64,000 bases of DNA from Raja brachyura (Eukaryota), in assembly GCA_963514005.1 (NCBI GenBank), contig OY740784.1, positions 25,296,001 through 25,360,000 of the forward strand. The letters are read 5' to 3'. Position numbers and translations under genes: made by a program. Under the pieces are notes generated by a model that was not told the origin of the DNA, ran no database searches, and worked only from the letters and a program-made list of their open reading frames with translations. Shown here piece by piece: positions 24,440 to 37,294 of the stretch (position 1 is its first letter; each line of letters opens with the position of its first letter).

Positions 24440-24960
24440 AAAAGATGCTGAAGATATCGTGTTAAAAACAGAGAAGGTGAAGAGAAACTCACAGGTCAGG
24501 CTGCATCTACAGAGGGAAAGAGAGGGAAAGAAATGTTTCAGGTCGTTGACCTGTAACATTAACATAGAGACATAGAAGAACTGCAGACGCTGGAGTTTTT
24601 ATAACTGACACCCTATTTTCCTTTTCTTCCCAAGTTTTTGCCCACCCATCTGCCAATCACACTCCCTCGCCTGCATGCATCTATCACCCACGATAGACAC
24701 AACATTCTGGAGTAATTCAGCAGATCAGTCCCTGACCCGCTGAGTTACTCCTGCATTTTGTGTCTAACTTTGGTATAAACCAACATCTGCAGTTCCTTCC
24801 TAGCCATCTATTACTTGCCTGGCCTTGTCCCACACCCACTTTCTCCCCACTTCTACTACAATCAGCGTGAAGAAGGGACCCAACCTGAAATGTTGCCTAT
24901 CCATGTCCTCCAAAGATGCTGCAAAACCTACTGAGTTACTCCAGTACTTTGAGTTTTGAC
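24440..24960. mobile_element. Several decayed, nested Penelope-terminus fragments
   Basis: Repeated gctgagttactcc.gca / catctgcagttcctt motifs in both orientations. Confidence 0.65.
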
Positions 24961-25058
24961 TTGTAACAATGGTTTTGTCCCAGTCTATTTTGAGACGGGA
25001 CGATAAAGTTTGATGTCACCAGTTACCATATGGCTTCCTCAGTCTTAACATATGAATG

Positions 25059-25084
25059 GTGTGTGTGTGTGTGTGTGTGTGTGT
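25059..25084. repeat. (GT)n microsatellite
   Basis: Direct reading. Confidence 0.95.
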
Positions 25085-25156
25085 GGTGACAGTGAGGGTA
25101 GTGGGGACGGGGGATAGAAAGTCACCCTCAAATTGAGAAGTATTGGTGGCACAGAC

Positions 25157-25251
25157 CTTTTCCTGTTGCAGTCACATTCCTCCGGCTTTTTTCTTTTCAG
25201 GTGACCTCTCACTTCCCTCAGATTCTTTATTTTATCCTGAAGAGCTTCAAT
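25157..25251 (-). CDS. SULF1: SULF1 coding exon (95 nt), coiled-coil part of hydrophilic domain
   Basis: tgtag|ATT GAA GCT...AAA AG|gtctgt; [31 protein letters not shown]. Confidence 0.96.
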
Positions 25252-25896
25252 CTACAACGCAGGGGGAAAAGAACAGAAGTTTCTTTCTCGCTTCAAAAAT
25301 CACCAAAACATCTTTATTCCATGAATTTTGGTGGGGGAGCATAATTCTTGGGTCGACGGTGCCTTTGATGCCTGATTTTGCCGATGACAGTCACTGGCCT
25401 CCACCCATTGTTATTACATTCGCATCAACGCCTGCAGAAGCAATGGTGCCTCTGCACTCACTTGGGAAGGTTACTAGCCAGGTGCCATTTCAAGCGCGTT
25501 GTCCACAGCTCGAATTTCCAGCATGAATATTGGAATGTTATGACAGGAAGTTTCAGATCCACCCCTCTTACCACCCCTGCCTGCCAAAAAATGTAACTTT
25601 ATCTTTTAGTAAGAATGCCTTCCAAAAAATGGCTGGAGTTATGTCCTTTGAGGAAGTCCATCAGCAACCAACTGGGTCGATTAAGGTTAGTTTTACAAAG
25701 TGTAAATTTCTGGCTTGTGGTGCTGAATGGAGATATCCATCAATTGATTTCCTGCCAGCGTTATTCAGTCATTCATTAGCAATCCCATAGCAAAAAATAT
25801 ATATCATTCCAACCTTCCCAGTGGAAATAATCGCCTATCATTGATAAAGTCTGCAGCTCGCCGACTCAAAAATTGTCTGCCATAACGTTATCTAAC

Positions 25897-25993
25897 CTCT
25901 TTGTCTATGTAACTCTTGTGGTCCTTCCATGCTCTAGCTGACTGATACAGCTCCTTCTCACAATGCACTGTTTCATTGGCAAGAATGTAACAC
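25897..25993 (-). CDS. SULF1: SULF1 coding exon (97 nt)
   Basis: tgaag|G TGT TAC...AAA GAG|gttag; [32 protein letters not shown]. Confidence 0.96.
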
Positions 25994-26197
25994 CTTCAGG
26001 AAAGAAATAAGTAAAGAAAATAAAAGCCCACATCAATGATACTGCAAAATCCAAAGAATTTTACAAATTACTTACAGAAACAAACACACTCAGGGTTTTT
26101 AACAAATTACTCCAGTGCTTTCCCTCTGGAAGACCTTTGCCTAGAAATTGAAAGGCACCGGCTGAGGCATATTCAACAACAGCTAAATATTCAATAA

Positions 26198-26293
26198 CAG
26201 TCTGAAGAAGGGTTTCGGCCCGAAACGTCGCCTATCTCCTTCGCTCCTTAGATGCTGCTGCACCCGCTGAGTTTCTCCAGCCTTTTGTGTACC
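26198..26293 (+). mobile_element. Short Penelope-terminus insertion with intact hammerhead motif (GUC triplet) and 13-bp TSD
   Basis: CTGAAGA 26202-26208, GGGT ttcg GCCC, GAAA 26222-26225, CGTC; ttcaacaacagct at 26172-26184 and 26294-26306. Confidence 0.8.
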
Positions 26294-26319
26294 TTCAACA
26301 ACAGCTGACAGCCCAGGGT

Positions 26320-26800
26320 GCATGGGTATATGGGGTGCATGGCAGAGAGGCCAAGGAGATTGAAGGGAGAGTCTGGGGTCTATGGGAGAGACTGGGGGTT
26401 CATGGCAGAGTGACACAGAGTGCGTGGAATGTGGGGGCGTGAGTTTATGGATGAGAGACCAGGGGTTGATGTGTGGGGGTTCATGGGAGAGAAGCTCTGG
26501 GTGGGTGGAGTTTGAGTCAGGGAGTTCATGGGAGAGGCGATCAGTAGTTCATAGGTGAGACACACAGGAATTCATAGGAGAGAGATATGAGAGAGAGGGA
26601 GAGGGACACACATTTCATGGGAGAGAGAGACACACACATTAGTTTATTGGGGAGAGAGAGAGCAGGAGTTCATGGGAGAGAGGACCAGTAGATTAATGGG
26701 AGAGAGACACAGGAGTTGATGGGAGACAGACATGACTGTTCATGGGGGAGAGACACACAGGAGTTGATGGGTAGAGGCTCAGAGGTTTCATGATAAAGAG
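26320..26800. repeat. Degenerate purine-rich minisatellite, unit about 25-30 bp (ggagttcatgggagagagacacaca-like)
   Basis: Recurrent gttcatggga / gtttatgg / gttgatggg units. Confidence 0.75.
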
Positions 26801-27443
26801 GCCCCAGGTGGTGGAGTATGTGTCAGTGATAGGTACAAGAGGAGTGGCCAGGCAGTGATTAGAAGATTAGAATGGGGGATATGGCTGGGAGGTTATTGAT
26901 GTGAGGGGAAGTGGGAGGTTGGCTGAGTGGTAGATTGGAAGTTGGGTGTGGGTGGCAGAGAGTTTGACCTGATATGTGGGCACAGGAGGAGGAGGTGAGC
27001 CTGACAAGAGAGGTGGGTACATGGGTCACCTGAAGATGATCCACACGTCAGGTTCCCAATACTGTACACCTCAGGCTGTGGGACTGCTGAGGCTGGTCAA
27101 CTTTGAGTAACACCAAGGCAGGCAGGCGTTGTGACGAGTTGCATGAGTGGAACAGCGCGGTGTGCCTGCAGAAACCCTGGCAGAGGCATCAGATGTGGAC
27201 AGATTTCACTGCACGTGTCTGTGCTCCTTCGTGTGTTGTTGTATCCGACACACACACAGAACTCAACAGGAAACCCCAGATCGTTATATAGCTCACGATA
27301 AATTCCTCCAGCGCCTTTACTGTTGTTATTTCATGAAAAATGAATTGTGTCGTGTATAAAAATGTGTTTCCTGTGATTCAATTTCTAGGCATAGCTCTTT
27401 AAAGTTCTAGCATATGACAGCTCGGGGTATAAGGCAAACTTAC

Positions 27444-27684
27444 TTGTGAGTGACTTTGACTGAATCCAGCACTGATTCACCAGCTTTACTGCCGTCCTCG
27501 CCAATCATGACACTTTCCACCGCCTCGCCAGCGGCCGCGTCCTCTTGGTAAGAGCCCATGGTGATATTTTGCGGTATGAGTGGCTCTGGGTCTGCGATTT
27601 CCAGGTCAATGTCATAGATCTCACCTTCCAGCTCGACTGAAACAGAGCGGATGGGCCGAGTGCGGAGGAAGCGGTGCTTAAATT
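27444..27684 (-). CDS. SULF1: SULF1 coding exon (241 nt), furin-site region of hydrophilic domain
   Basis: aacag|AA TTT AAG...CAC AA|gtaagt; FKHRFLRTRPIRSVSVELEGEIYDIDLE...SVKVTHK; not in the supplied ORF track. Confidence 0.95.
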
Positions 27685-28067
27685 CTGTTTAAGGGAAAAC
27701 TCACTTTAAGGCAGTTGTCCGCCATGCATGCGTGTCGCAATAGAACTGTGTAAACTGGGAAACTCTCAATGTGAATCAAACTTTTCATGTTGCATGAATT
27801 TGGCAATGGCTGCCTGCCCTCCATACAAAGGTCTTCGCCATCCACTTGGTGCACTGTTAGTGAAGTGAAACTAACCGAAAACTAATTATTAGAAAATAAT
27901 AAGAACAGGCCAGTGCAGAACTATTACTGTTCGCATCCTTGTATCCCTTTGCCCTCACCTTTTCCCAGCCAACATTGTGTTATTATGGGATCCACCATTC
28001 CTTGGTCACCCATTTTTGGGGCCTGCTTTGTTCTGGCCTTTTCCCTCCAGTTCTCTTCCCTCTACTT

Positions 28068-28200
28068 TCAGTCTGAAGAAGGGTCCCGACCCAAAACGTC
28101 ACCTATTCTTTTTCTCCACAGAGGCTGCCTGAGCTGCTGAGTTACTCCAGCACATTGTGTCCATCTTTGGTACAAAGCAGCATCTGCAGTTCCTTTCTAC
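28068..28200 (+). mobile_element. Penelope-terminus fragment, hammerhead with GAAA>AAAA change
   Basis: gtCTGAAGAagggtcccgacccAAAACGTCacc...catctgcagttcctt. Confidence 0.8.
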
Positions 28201-28989
28201 ACATACACGCTATCACCCTGTTCCCTGCTGTTGGGAAAACCAGGCCTACCACATTGCCACCACACCTTTAGATTGAAACTCCCTGGTTCTTTCAAGGGAT
28301 GACATCAGCTTGTGCTGGTCACAAACATCTACACAGACACTGCTACCTATCAGCTGGCTCAAATCATACGGCTGCTCTTGTCCAGGGATTCTTGGCAGAA
28401 GTAACATAATGGCTTAGACTAAATTTACCCCAGTGGCTCTCCATTGGCAAACCGGAGGCCTGTAACCGTTAATCAAGTTTATATCAACGTTGGAAATGAG
28501 CCTCACGCAATGTGGACCAGGCCTTTGTGCCGTGACCAGGGCCAAACTCTAATCAGTCCTGTGGCTGCAAACGTCACCCTGTAGCATAATGCCTGGTCAC
28601 TTGCACCTAAAGTCTTGGGTGCAAGTCAAGTTTTCAGAGAAGGTCATTAACCTAGGGGATTTGTTCCAGCAATCGGCCCACAATAGCTGCCATAATGTGC
28701 AGGATTTTCTTATCGGAAGATGGGCGAATAGGCAAAGGAGCCTGCTTGCCTTATTTCCCCATTGGCCTCTTTGCAGTTCAGCAGGGAGCTCTGGTGCTTC
28801 CCTCACAGTTCAGTGGGCCAGTGGACAGTCCTTGCAATCACACAACACTGCCGGTCTGATGTGGAGCACTGCTGGACTGTTGATGGAGAGAAGCCCAATT
28901 GGAAGCTTTGGAAGTTCGCTCATCCACTGACAAATACAATTCTAGTCAATATGCCACATGAGCGATAATGACTGATTATTTTGTCTTGC

Positions 28990-29145
28990 TTCACGAGCAG
29001 GTCGAGCAGTATCTCTGGAGAACATGGATAAGTGACATTTCGGGTTGGGACCCTTCTTCAAATTGAAGGGAACTGACCTGAAACGTCACCTATCCATGTT
29101 CTCCAGTGATGCTGCTTGACCCACTGAGTTACTCCAGCACTCGGT
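28990..29145. mobile_element. Penelope-terminus fold-back, degraded cores
   Basis: ctggagaacatggataagtgac...gtcacctatccatgttctccag inverted arms. Confidence 0.75.
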
Positions 29146-29532
29146 CTCCTATTTAGCTCCGGGTCACTTGGAGCAACAGTTAAACCCTCACAAAAGTCTA
29201 CTTCGTATGTGCTGCCAAAAACAGTAACAGAAAAGTTTCATTGTGATTTGAAATGGAGCAAGAATGCTTTGCTCGGTGAATGCGACTCAGAATTTGCCTC
29301 TTTGGAGTTGCAGGGCATGTTGGCAAGGATCTGCATGACCAGTTTATCTGTCATTTTCTCTCCAGCATGTGGAATCTGCAGTGAAAGTTGGCACTGATTA
29401 GCCTGGAACTGCCCCACCAGGAGATGGTGCCCAGGAGCAGTCTGCAATAAGCTAATGGACTTGACTCAGTATGCAACAGTTGAGCTTGGCTTGAGTTTGC
29501 AGAAGATCTGACTCTTATAATGTTTCCAGCAT

Positions 29533-29548
29533 GCCACTAGATGGCAGC
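29533..29548 (+). promoter_or_regulatory. Candidate CTCF binding site
   Basis: GCCACTAGATGGCAGC matches the CCASYAGRKGGCRS core; weaker same-orientation match at 29417-29430. Confidence 0.55.
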
Positions 29549-29610
29549 AAAGGTCCATGCTCAGGATGCTGCTGCCTCTAACCCAAGGTCACAGATCGCT
29601 GCATACTCAC

Positions 29611-29821
29611 TGTGGGTAGTGTGGATGTTGAGGAATTGTCTCTGGTTCCTTCTCTCTGATTGACGCATCCTGTAGCTATTGCTCGAGCAATCACAGTGAT
29701 TACTGGCATAGGCCTGACCACGCAAACTTTTACTTTTCTTGCTGCCAGCGTGCACTTTGGTTGTGCCTTTGCATTTGTGGAGCCGCAGTCTTCCTGCAGA
29801 ATCTTCAACGCATTGCCATTT
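29611..29821 (-). CDS. SULF1: SULF1 coding exon (211 nt), hydrophilic domain
   Basis: atcag|AAA TGG CAA...CAC A|gtgagt; KWQCVEDSAGRLRLHKCKGTTKVHAGSKKSKSLRGQAYASNHCDCSSNSYRMRQSERRNQRQFLNIHTTH. Confidence 0.95.
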
Positions 29822-29944
29822 CTGATTATAAATAGCAAAAAGTTACAAACCCCACTTATCACACAGAACTAACATTCCATATTGGACAACAAAATTAAAA
29901 ATGCTCCTTTAGACACGCAGATAACTAAACCAAAACCAAAACCA

Positions 29945-30231
29945 GTGTGGAAATAGGCCCTTTAGCCCACCGTCGCCATCGCCATTTAGTACCATCGCCA
30001 ACACCAGAGCAACCCTAATCACTAGGGACAATTTACAATGTTACCAAAGCAAATTAACCTACAAACCTGCATGTCTTTGTAATGTGGGTGGAAACTGGAG
30101 CACGCGGAGAAAACCCACGTGGGCACAGGGAGAACGTGCAAACTCTGTACAGACAGCACCTGTAGTCAGGATGGAACCCGGTTCTCTGGCGCTGTAAGGC
30201 AGCAACTCCCCCGCTGCACCACTGTGCCACC
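29945..30231 (-). mobile_element. HE1/V-SINE-like element
   Basis: Homologous to 24106-24406. Confidence 0.85.
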
Positions 30232-30616
30232 CTAAATATACTCTCCTCTTAATATACAGCATATGATTTTAAAACTAATTAGTGTGCAACGACAGAGTTT
30301 GCATTCTATAGCATCTTTAATAATTGCAAGACATCTTAAAGCTGCTTCTAGCTGCAGACATATTATTTAAAAATGGCTCCAGAATGATACTGTGAGATAT
30401 CAGTACACTAATGTTTACCTCATTGGTTCATTTAAAATATGGAGTTTAATATCACTGAATAGCCAAGGGATTTTGACAAGATGCTAAATACCTGAACAGA
30501 GTGGTGTAACTTTGACACTGAATACTCCGGGATCATGTAAAACATTGGTTTCGTTGGAAAGAATGTGCGGAATAGTGCAGATTTGCCTGAATCCTATTCA
30601 TTTAGTCTATGTGTGT

Positions 30617-30765
30617 GAAGGAACTGCAGATGCTGGTTTAAACCAAAGATAGACACAAAATGCTGGAGTAACTCAGGCAGCATCTCTGGAAAGAATGAAT
30701 GGGTGACTTTTCGGGTCGAGACCCTTCTTCATACTGAGTTTCTCCAGCATTTTGTGTCTATCTTT
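30617..30765. mobile_element. Penelope-terminus fold-back, internally deleted
   Basis: gaaggaactgcagatgctgg...gatagacacaaaatgctggag / ctccagcattttgtgtctatc inverted arms. Confidence 0.8.
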
Positions 30766-32156
30766 TAGTTCATGTAGTCCATTCCATTCTTGACCTTCTT
30801 CACGATCACTGTAGTACAGATAAACGGTAGTATCTCAGAAAGCTATCTTATAGAATCAGCTGTTGTGGATATCAAAACATTGCTAGAGTCATGGGCGCAT
30901 TCAGCGCAAAAACCTGTCCTTCGGCTCAATTTGTCCATGCCGACCAAGACACCACATCTAGTCCAGTCCCACTTGTCCACATTTGGTCCACACCTCTCTA
31001 AACCTTTCCTATCCATGCACCTGTCCAAATGTGTTTTTGAGTAGGACAATACGACACACAGGTGTGGCGTGTATTTTGCAGCAAGACTGATTGGCAAAAA
31101 GTAAGTGAAACACAACTCAGCACACTCCAATTTAGATGTTGTCATCTGTTTGAAAACAAAGTACAATTTATTCCTTCCATTGGAAACCGAATGCGTTTTT
31201 AATTGGATGCCTTTTTCTGCACCTGGCTCTCACATCACAGCAGGCGATCTCATTTCATTCAACAGACATCAAACACAGGGAATATTGGAGAGGTGGGAAG
31301 TATATCTGTTTACTATGATATAAGGAATAGGGTTTACCATCGACAATCGGTTCCATTGCTTTCCACAGAACTGCCATCTGAGTGATGGGTCTGTGTCAGT
31401 AATGTTTTGCTTTTGAATTTGGGAGCCACGTCAATGAGAGAAGCCTATTAGGCAAGTGAAAACATGTTCTCGAAGTGTATTCACTTTTGCAGAGTCGGAC
31501 TTCATGATCTGAGGAATAATCAGCTGTTCATGTCCCAAATGCCTGGAGGTACCCACAAAATAAACCTTCATAAACCTTAATAAACATACACCTTTCATGT
31601 TTCATGTTTCTTGCTGTGCTTCCCTCCTCGGATAAATAAAGTTCTACCGTATCGTATCACAATATCTTGCAAATCTGCTTTTTAAATTTTCTCAACACCT
31701 GAGAAAATTACACTGAGATCTCTCTCTCTGAGGATTCACTGCTTTATCAGCCATTTAAAACACGATTCCAAAATTATACATGAATCAAGGATATTACACT
31801 TCAGAGAGCCTGAGGTTTTCTTTCCCAAGGCTATTTATTTATTCTCATGTTCGTTAACTTTTGATGTGTGTTACACTCCAGTCTTCAACCAAGTGAACCA
31901 CCTCTGCCTGTACATAATTGATGGGAATGCTCTGTGAATAACTGAAGTGGACTGCAGGAGTCACACCTGGATCTCCCTGGCAGATCCTACTTTTGCCTGC
32001 CCCTCAGCCACACATCAGCAAATTTGTGTCTTGGTGAACCATAACTGTATTTCATTTGATATGGAATTTCATTGTCCCATCCGGGACATATGACAATAAA
32101 ACACTCTTGACTTGACTCTTGACTTGATTAATATTTTGCAATAACATTCAGGAAAG

Positions 32157-32640
32157 ATGGCACAGTGGCGCAGCGGTAGAGTTGCTGCATTAAGGGCCTG
32201 TCCCACTTGGGCGACTCTTTAGGCGACTGCCAGGAACTAGTTTTGATGGAATTTACCTACGACACCTTGCGACAACCTATGACAGCAAATATTGTCGCCA
32301 CTCTCGGCGAAAATATTCCAACATGTTGAAAATTTTGCGGCAGTCGCCTGTAGTCCCCCAGAAAAAATTGCCAAACCCGGGTTCAATCCCGTCTATGGAT
32401 GTTGTCTATATGGAGTTTGTATGTCCTCCCCGTGACCTGCGTGGGTTTTCTCCGGGATCTTCTGTTTCCTCCCACATTCGAAAGACGTTCAGGTATGTAG
32501 GTTAATTGACTTGGTGTATGTATAAATTGTCCCTAGTGTGTGTAAGATAGTGCTAATGGGCAGGGATTGCTGGTCAGCATGGACTCGGTGGTCCGAAAGG
32601 CCTGTTTCCGCGCTGTATCTCTGAACTAAACTGAACTAAA
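32157..32640 (+). mobile_element. HE1/V-SINE-like element interrupted by a partial Harbinger MITE (32193 to about 32374)
   Basis: SINE head ggcacagtggcgcagcggtagagttgctg, then TTA+AGGGCCTGTCCCACT, resuming at cccgggttcaatcc. Confidence 0.88.
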
Positions 32641-34079
32641 AATACAATCAAGTCAAGTCAAGTTTATTCGTCACCTACTCATACGGGATGTGCAGTGAAA
32701 TGAAAAGTGGCAGGCACCATTATCACCCACATATACACTGAAGCCCCCAGCTCAGAGCTGCTGGTGTCCTGGGCCCAGGGTTATACCTTCTTACACCTGC
32801 CATATTTTCGGTCCTATACGTGAATGTAGCTTCAACAACACTCCGAAAACAAAACACGCCGGACACCATCATACGCATTCGCTGCTTAGGAGATAAAGCA
32901 CTATGGCTGCAGTATGTACTAGCTACACAATAATTGATGCAAGGAACTGCAGCAATTCACCTATCTGGCCTATCAAGGGACAGAACTAGTGATGACAGTG
33001 AGGCATGGCAGATCTGGATTCAGTCTGACCTCCGTGCTCTCTTCCTGTGACCACATGGGTTTTCCGGGTACTCTGGTTTATTTCCACTTCCCGAAGATTT
33101 GCTGGTTGGTAGGTTAATTACTTACTGCAAACTACCTCTTGTATCCTCAGTGGAGTTTATGGGCTTTTGAGAGGGATTCATGGGGAGAGGATTGACAAGA
33201 TTGCTCTGTGACGTATCATAGATTCAATGAGTCAAACAATATCCTGCTTTATCATAAATATCTCTTCTAAGCCACACATCAGAGCCTAACTTGGGAGTGC
33301 ATGCTTGCCTCTTCCTACGTCAAAACTTCCAACTTCTTAGAAAATGCAAGCCTTGAATATAGATGTTGCCGGAAAATCAAAAAAATGAATGGCTTCAATC
33401 TAATTGTTACATCTTTAAACTATGATTTTTGCAATTAGGAGAATTACAAGTGCCTATCTCTGCCCTAACTGTCATTCCTACATTGGCACTCAGTTTAAAG
33501 TGGATGCATCCAAGCCAACAGGATGCTCACCATTTTCTTGAAGGAAGTAGGATCAGGGAACAGGCGCTGGCCTTTCCGGCTGGGCCCACATTTAATGAAT
33601 GAATTTTATATTAAAATACATTTCACAAGTTTCCATAAGTGCATTCTTGATATAGAGATGTCCCTTTAGCCTCATTTCAAACTGTTTAGCCTGAACCAAC
33701 ACCTCATTATAAAGAATGAGGGTGCATGATGTTCTGAATCCATCGCACAAATAGGTGTTGTGGCACGCACAGACATGCAACACATCGGCATTGTGATTGT
33801 GCATCGTTTTCCAACAAATTCCTTTTTTGTGCTGGAGAATGAACCAACTTCAGATTTGAAGCATGAATTTCCCAAAGTCAACTCTGACAGATATCTCCCA
33901 CCTCACATATAAACACAGGAAAGAGCAAAAGAAAAAAACAGTGCAAGGCACCTATTAGTTTTTATCTGTAAATTTCCCCAGTTTTTTGCTTATATTGCCT
34001 GCACATTCACATCCAAAAAGTGAATTGGAAAGATACCCCTGGGCTTCTCTTACATTATTTGTCTATTTCCACATATTCC

Positions 34080-34570
34080 AGTCTCTCTCACGCGCTCCCC
34101 TCAAACCTCATTTCCCCAGCTTCTAACTGCTCTTTTCTCCATTTCTGCTCGCCTCCTCTTTTTGCTTTCCACTTTTCTTGCAATGTTCCTTTTTTTCATC
34201 CAGCCAGTAGTTCCCTGCTATTTTTTCTATGCTCTCTCATCGTTTACAATCCCATCTTCTCCTCTCTTCTGGCTTTGCCTCATTCCATTCCTTTCCTTTC
34301 CATTCTTCAGATGTTCCCTTCTGGTCTTCTCTCTTTCCAAGCCCCCTCCTTCCATGGCTCTGAACCAGATCTCACTAAATTTGTGACACTTTCTCATCTT
34401 AACTTTGTTCCTCCCTATTTTTTCCCAATCTACCGTTCGGCACTCTTGCTCCTCTCACCACATTCCAACTCTCTTCTACTTCCCTTCTGCATTTTTGCTT
34501 TTTAATTTTTTCTTCTCACCTTGTCCTTTCGCCCTCTATATTCCTAACTTCTACCCCTCTTTTCTCTTGT
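34080..34570. repeat. Long pyrimidine-rich low-complexity tract
   Basis: Strong C/T bias on the + strand; source of the spurious F/S/L/P-rich ORFs 34020..34505 and 34162..34386. Confidence 0.8.
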
Positions 34571-34988
34571 TATGAAAGGCCAAGCTATCTGACATTTTAA
34601 TTCCAGGCTTTGAAACCAAAGTGAGTTTTCTTTGGCTTTGAGCAGCAAAACATGGATGTTGAATCAGATCCAGGTATTTTATTTCTGTAATTGATTTTAA
34701 TGATTTATTATGCAAGTTTTTAATCCTTGCCTTTTAATCCCACTACAACCTTTTACATGCCATTTATAATTGCTTCTCAGCACGAATGTCATGCAAGGTA
34801 AGATCATTAATCACAGTCAATTGGAATTAAGCAAAAGCATAATATATAAAATCATACCATGTACTGTAATTGGCAACATAGACTTTAATGTATATTGTTT
34901 CTTTCAAGAACCACACATCGTGTAGAGTGAACAAGTTTCATTCCAGGCATAAGTTGACTGTTGTGGTCAACTTGCATCCAATCCAGTG

Positions 34989-35291
34989 AGTTTAGTTTAG
35001 TTTAGTGAAACAGCGTGGAAACAGGCCCTACGGCCCACTGAGTCTGCACCGACCAGCGATACCCATACGCTAGCACTATCCTACACACTAGGGACAATTT
35101 ACAACTTTAATGGAGCCCATTAACCTACAAACTTGTACGTCTTTGGAGTGTGGGAGGAAACCGGAGCACCTGGAGAAAACCCACGCAGTCACAGGGAGAA
35201 CAGACAAACTCCGTACGGACAGCACCCGTAGTCAGGATTGAACCCGGGTCTCTGGTGCTGTAAGGCAACAACTCTACTGCTGCGCCACTGA
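34989..35291 (-). mobile_element. HE1/V-SINE-like element
   Basis: Homologous to 24106-24406; (gttta)n tail on + strand. Confidence 0.9.
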
Positions 35292-35819
35292 ATCAGCCCA
35301 ATAGAGAGAGCACAATCATTTTCATCCTTTTTGTCTTCAAATGAGCCAAAGAGTCTGCCATGAAATATTGCCTGATTGCAACATCTCAAGTAAAGATTTC
35401 ACCAAATTAAATGTAACGGCTGAGAATATTTGATATAAAATATTTTGTTGATTCTTACCAGTACAGACCTATTCAATGCCGTCACATTCTTTTATCGCCC
35501 ATCCATTCCCTCCAGAGATGCTGGCTGAACCACTGAGTTACTCCAGCATGTGTTTTGCACATCACATCCTGATTTGCTGCTGGATGTTCTGAGAAAGGAA
35601 GCTAATTTGCAGATTTCTCCCTACAATAATCCTTCTATCAATCATGGGCTTGAAATGTTTAATTACACAGCTTCTTGGAGAGAGAGTTCAAGATATTTAT
35701 TTGCCCATGTACGAAAATACACTGCCTTTTGCCTCTTTCCTCAATTATAGGATTGCTCATTGTTCTGTCTTCTTCCACTCCAATCCAATCATTTCGTTGG
35801 ATATGTCCCATGAAATCCC

Positions 35820-35935
35820 AGGAACTGCAGATGCTAGTTTAAACCAAAGATAGACACAAAAAGCTGGAGTAACTCAGCGGGTCAGGCAGCATCTCTGGAG
35901 AAAAGGAATAGGTGATGTTTTGTGTTGAGACCCTT
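35820..35935 (-). mobile_element. Penelope-terminus insertion truncated before the hammerhead core, 12-bp TSD
   Basis: ccatgaaatccc at 35808-35819 and 35936-35947. Confidence 0.8.
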
Positions 35936-36094
35936 CCATGAAATCCCTTCACAGTTTTAAACAGCTCAACTAGACTATTGCTTTAGCTTGTACACTTGAG
36001 GCAATGCAAGTCATGCTTGTGTGATACACTAGCACCAAGTCTTGTAAACTGCTGATAAATGATAACTGCTGATAACTATCTAATAAATTATGAG

Positions 36095-36515
36095 CATTTG
36101 ACGGCACTGGGCCGGTACTCGCTGGAGTTTAGAAGAATGAAGGGGGACCTGTAGTGAAATGTAGTGAAAGGCTTGGATAGAGTGGAAGTGGAGAGGATGT
36201 TTCCACTGGTGGGAGAGTCTCGGACTAGAGGTCATAGTCTCAGAATTAAAGGATGTTCCTTTACGAAGGAGATGAGGAGGAATTTATTTCGTTGGGTGTT
36301 GAACCTGTGGAATTCTTCGCCACAGTAAGCTGTAGAGGCCAAGAATGGATATTGTTAAGGAAAAGATAGATAGATTCTTGATTAGTACGGGTGTCAGAGG
36401 TTATAGGGAGAACACAGGAGAATGGGGTTAGGAGGCAGAGATAGATCAGCCATGGTTGAATGGCAGAGTAGACGATGGGTCAACTGGGCTAATTCTGCTC
36501 CTATCACTTATGACC
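36095..36515 (+). mobile_element. CR1 3' fragment
   Basis: ctcgctggagtttagaagaatga...ggactagaggtcatag...cctatcacttatg. Confidence 0.85.
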
Positions 36516-37294
36516 TAAACGTCTTGGGCTCGTTCACCTTTGAATTCGGTTATTAAACATCATTCATTAACTATCCTTGCCACTTAGTTGTTTTTTCCTA
36601 AATGTGTTTGCTCGAAATATGATGCACTAATTTATACACTTTATATACTTAATTCTGTAGTTTCTCTCATCACTTCAAACTCCAGTTTGGCATCATGTGA
36701 ATTTTTGTTGGTGTTGTGTTTCTCATTCCAAGTTACTTCTGTAAATTGGAAGCTTGTGTTGTTCCAAAGCCATGCTCCACAGCACCTTACTCAGTATCTC
36801 TCCAACACCTTCAAACAATTCCTCTTATAAGTACTCACATTAAATCTCTGCTACACTAATGCAGGTTTTAACCACGTCACTTAGGTGAATATTGTCATCA
36901 GGATCAGGCCAGCCTTGCGCGGTTGTATAATATTTGAAGGGGTGTTATCACTTTAGTGGGAAGCAGCGTTCTTGGCTGAGTTCCTGAAACATCTAGTTCT
37001 GAACATAGCTATTATAATGGTGTTGCTGTTGGTTTTTCAGCAATTTGGTGTTGCAATAAATGTTGAGATTCCTGCATTGTGATTTTCAGCCAAATGCTTT
37101 GTATTATTTTTTCAACTTTTTTTAATGCGCGAATGAAAATGTAATTATATTCTTGAAACACCACTTTCCGCACTTTTTTTTTGTTTATTTCTTCTTTGTT
37201 AATCATTTCTGGTTAAAAAAAAACGAGAACTCAAAAGCATTTTTTACCACCATTGTCTAGACAACAGAAATGCTGAGAGTCAAAGAGTTATACT

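Noticed and set aside
34020-34505. 161-aa hydrophobic ORF
   Set aside because: By-product of a C/T-rich low-complexity tract.
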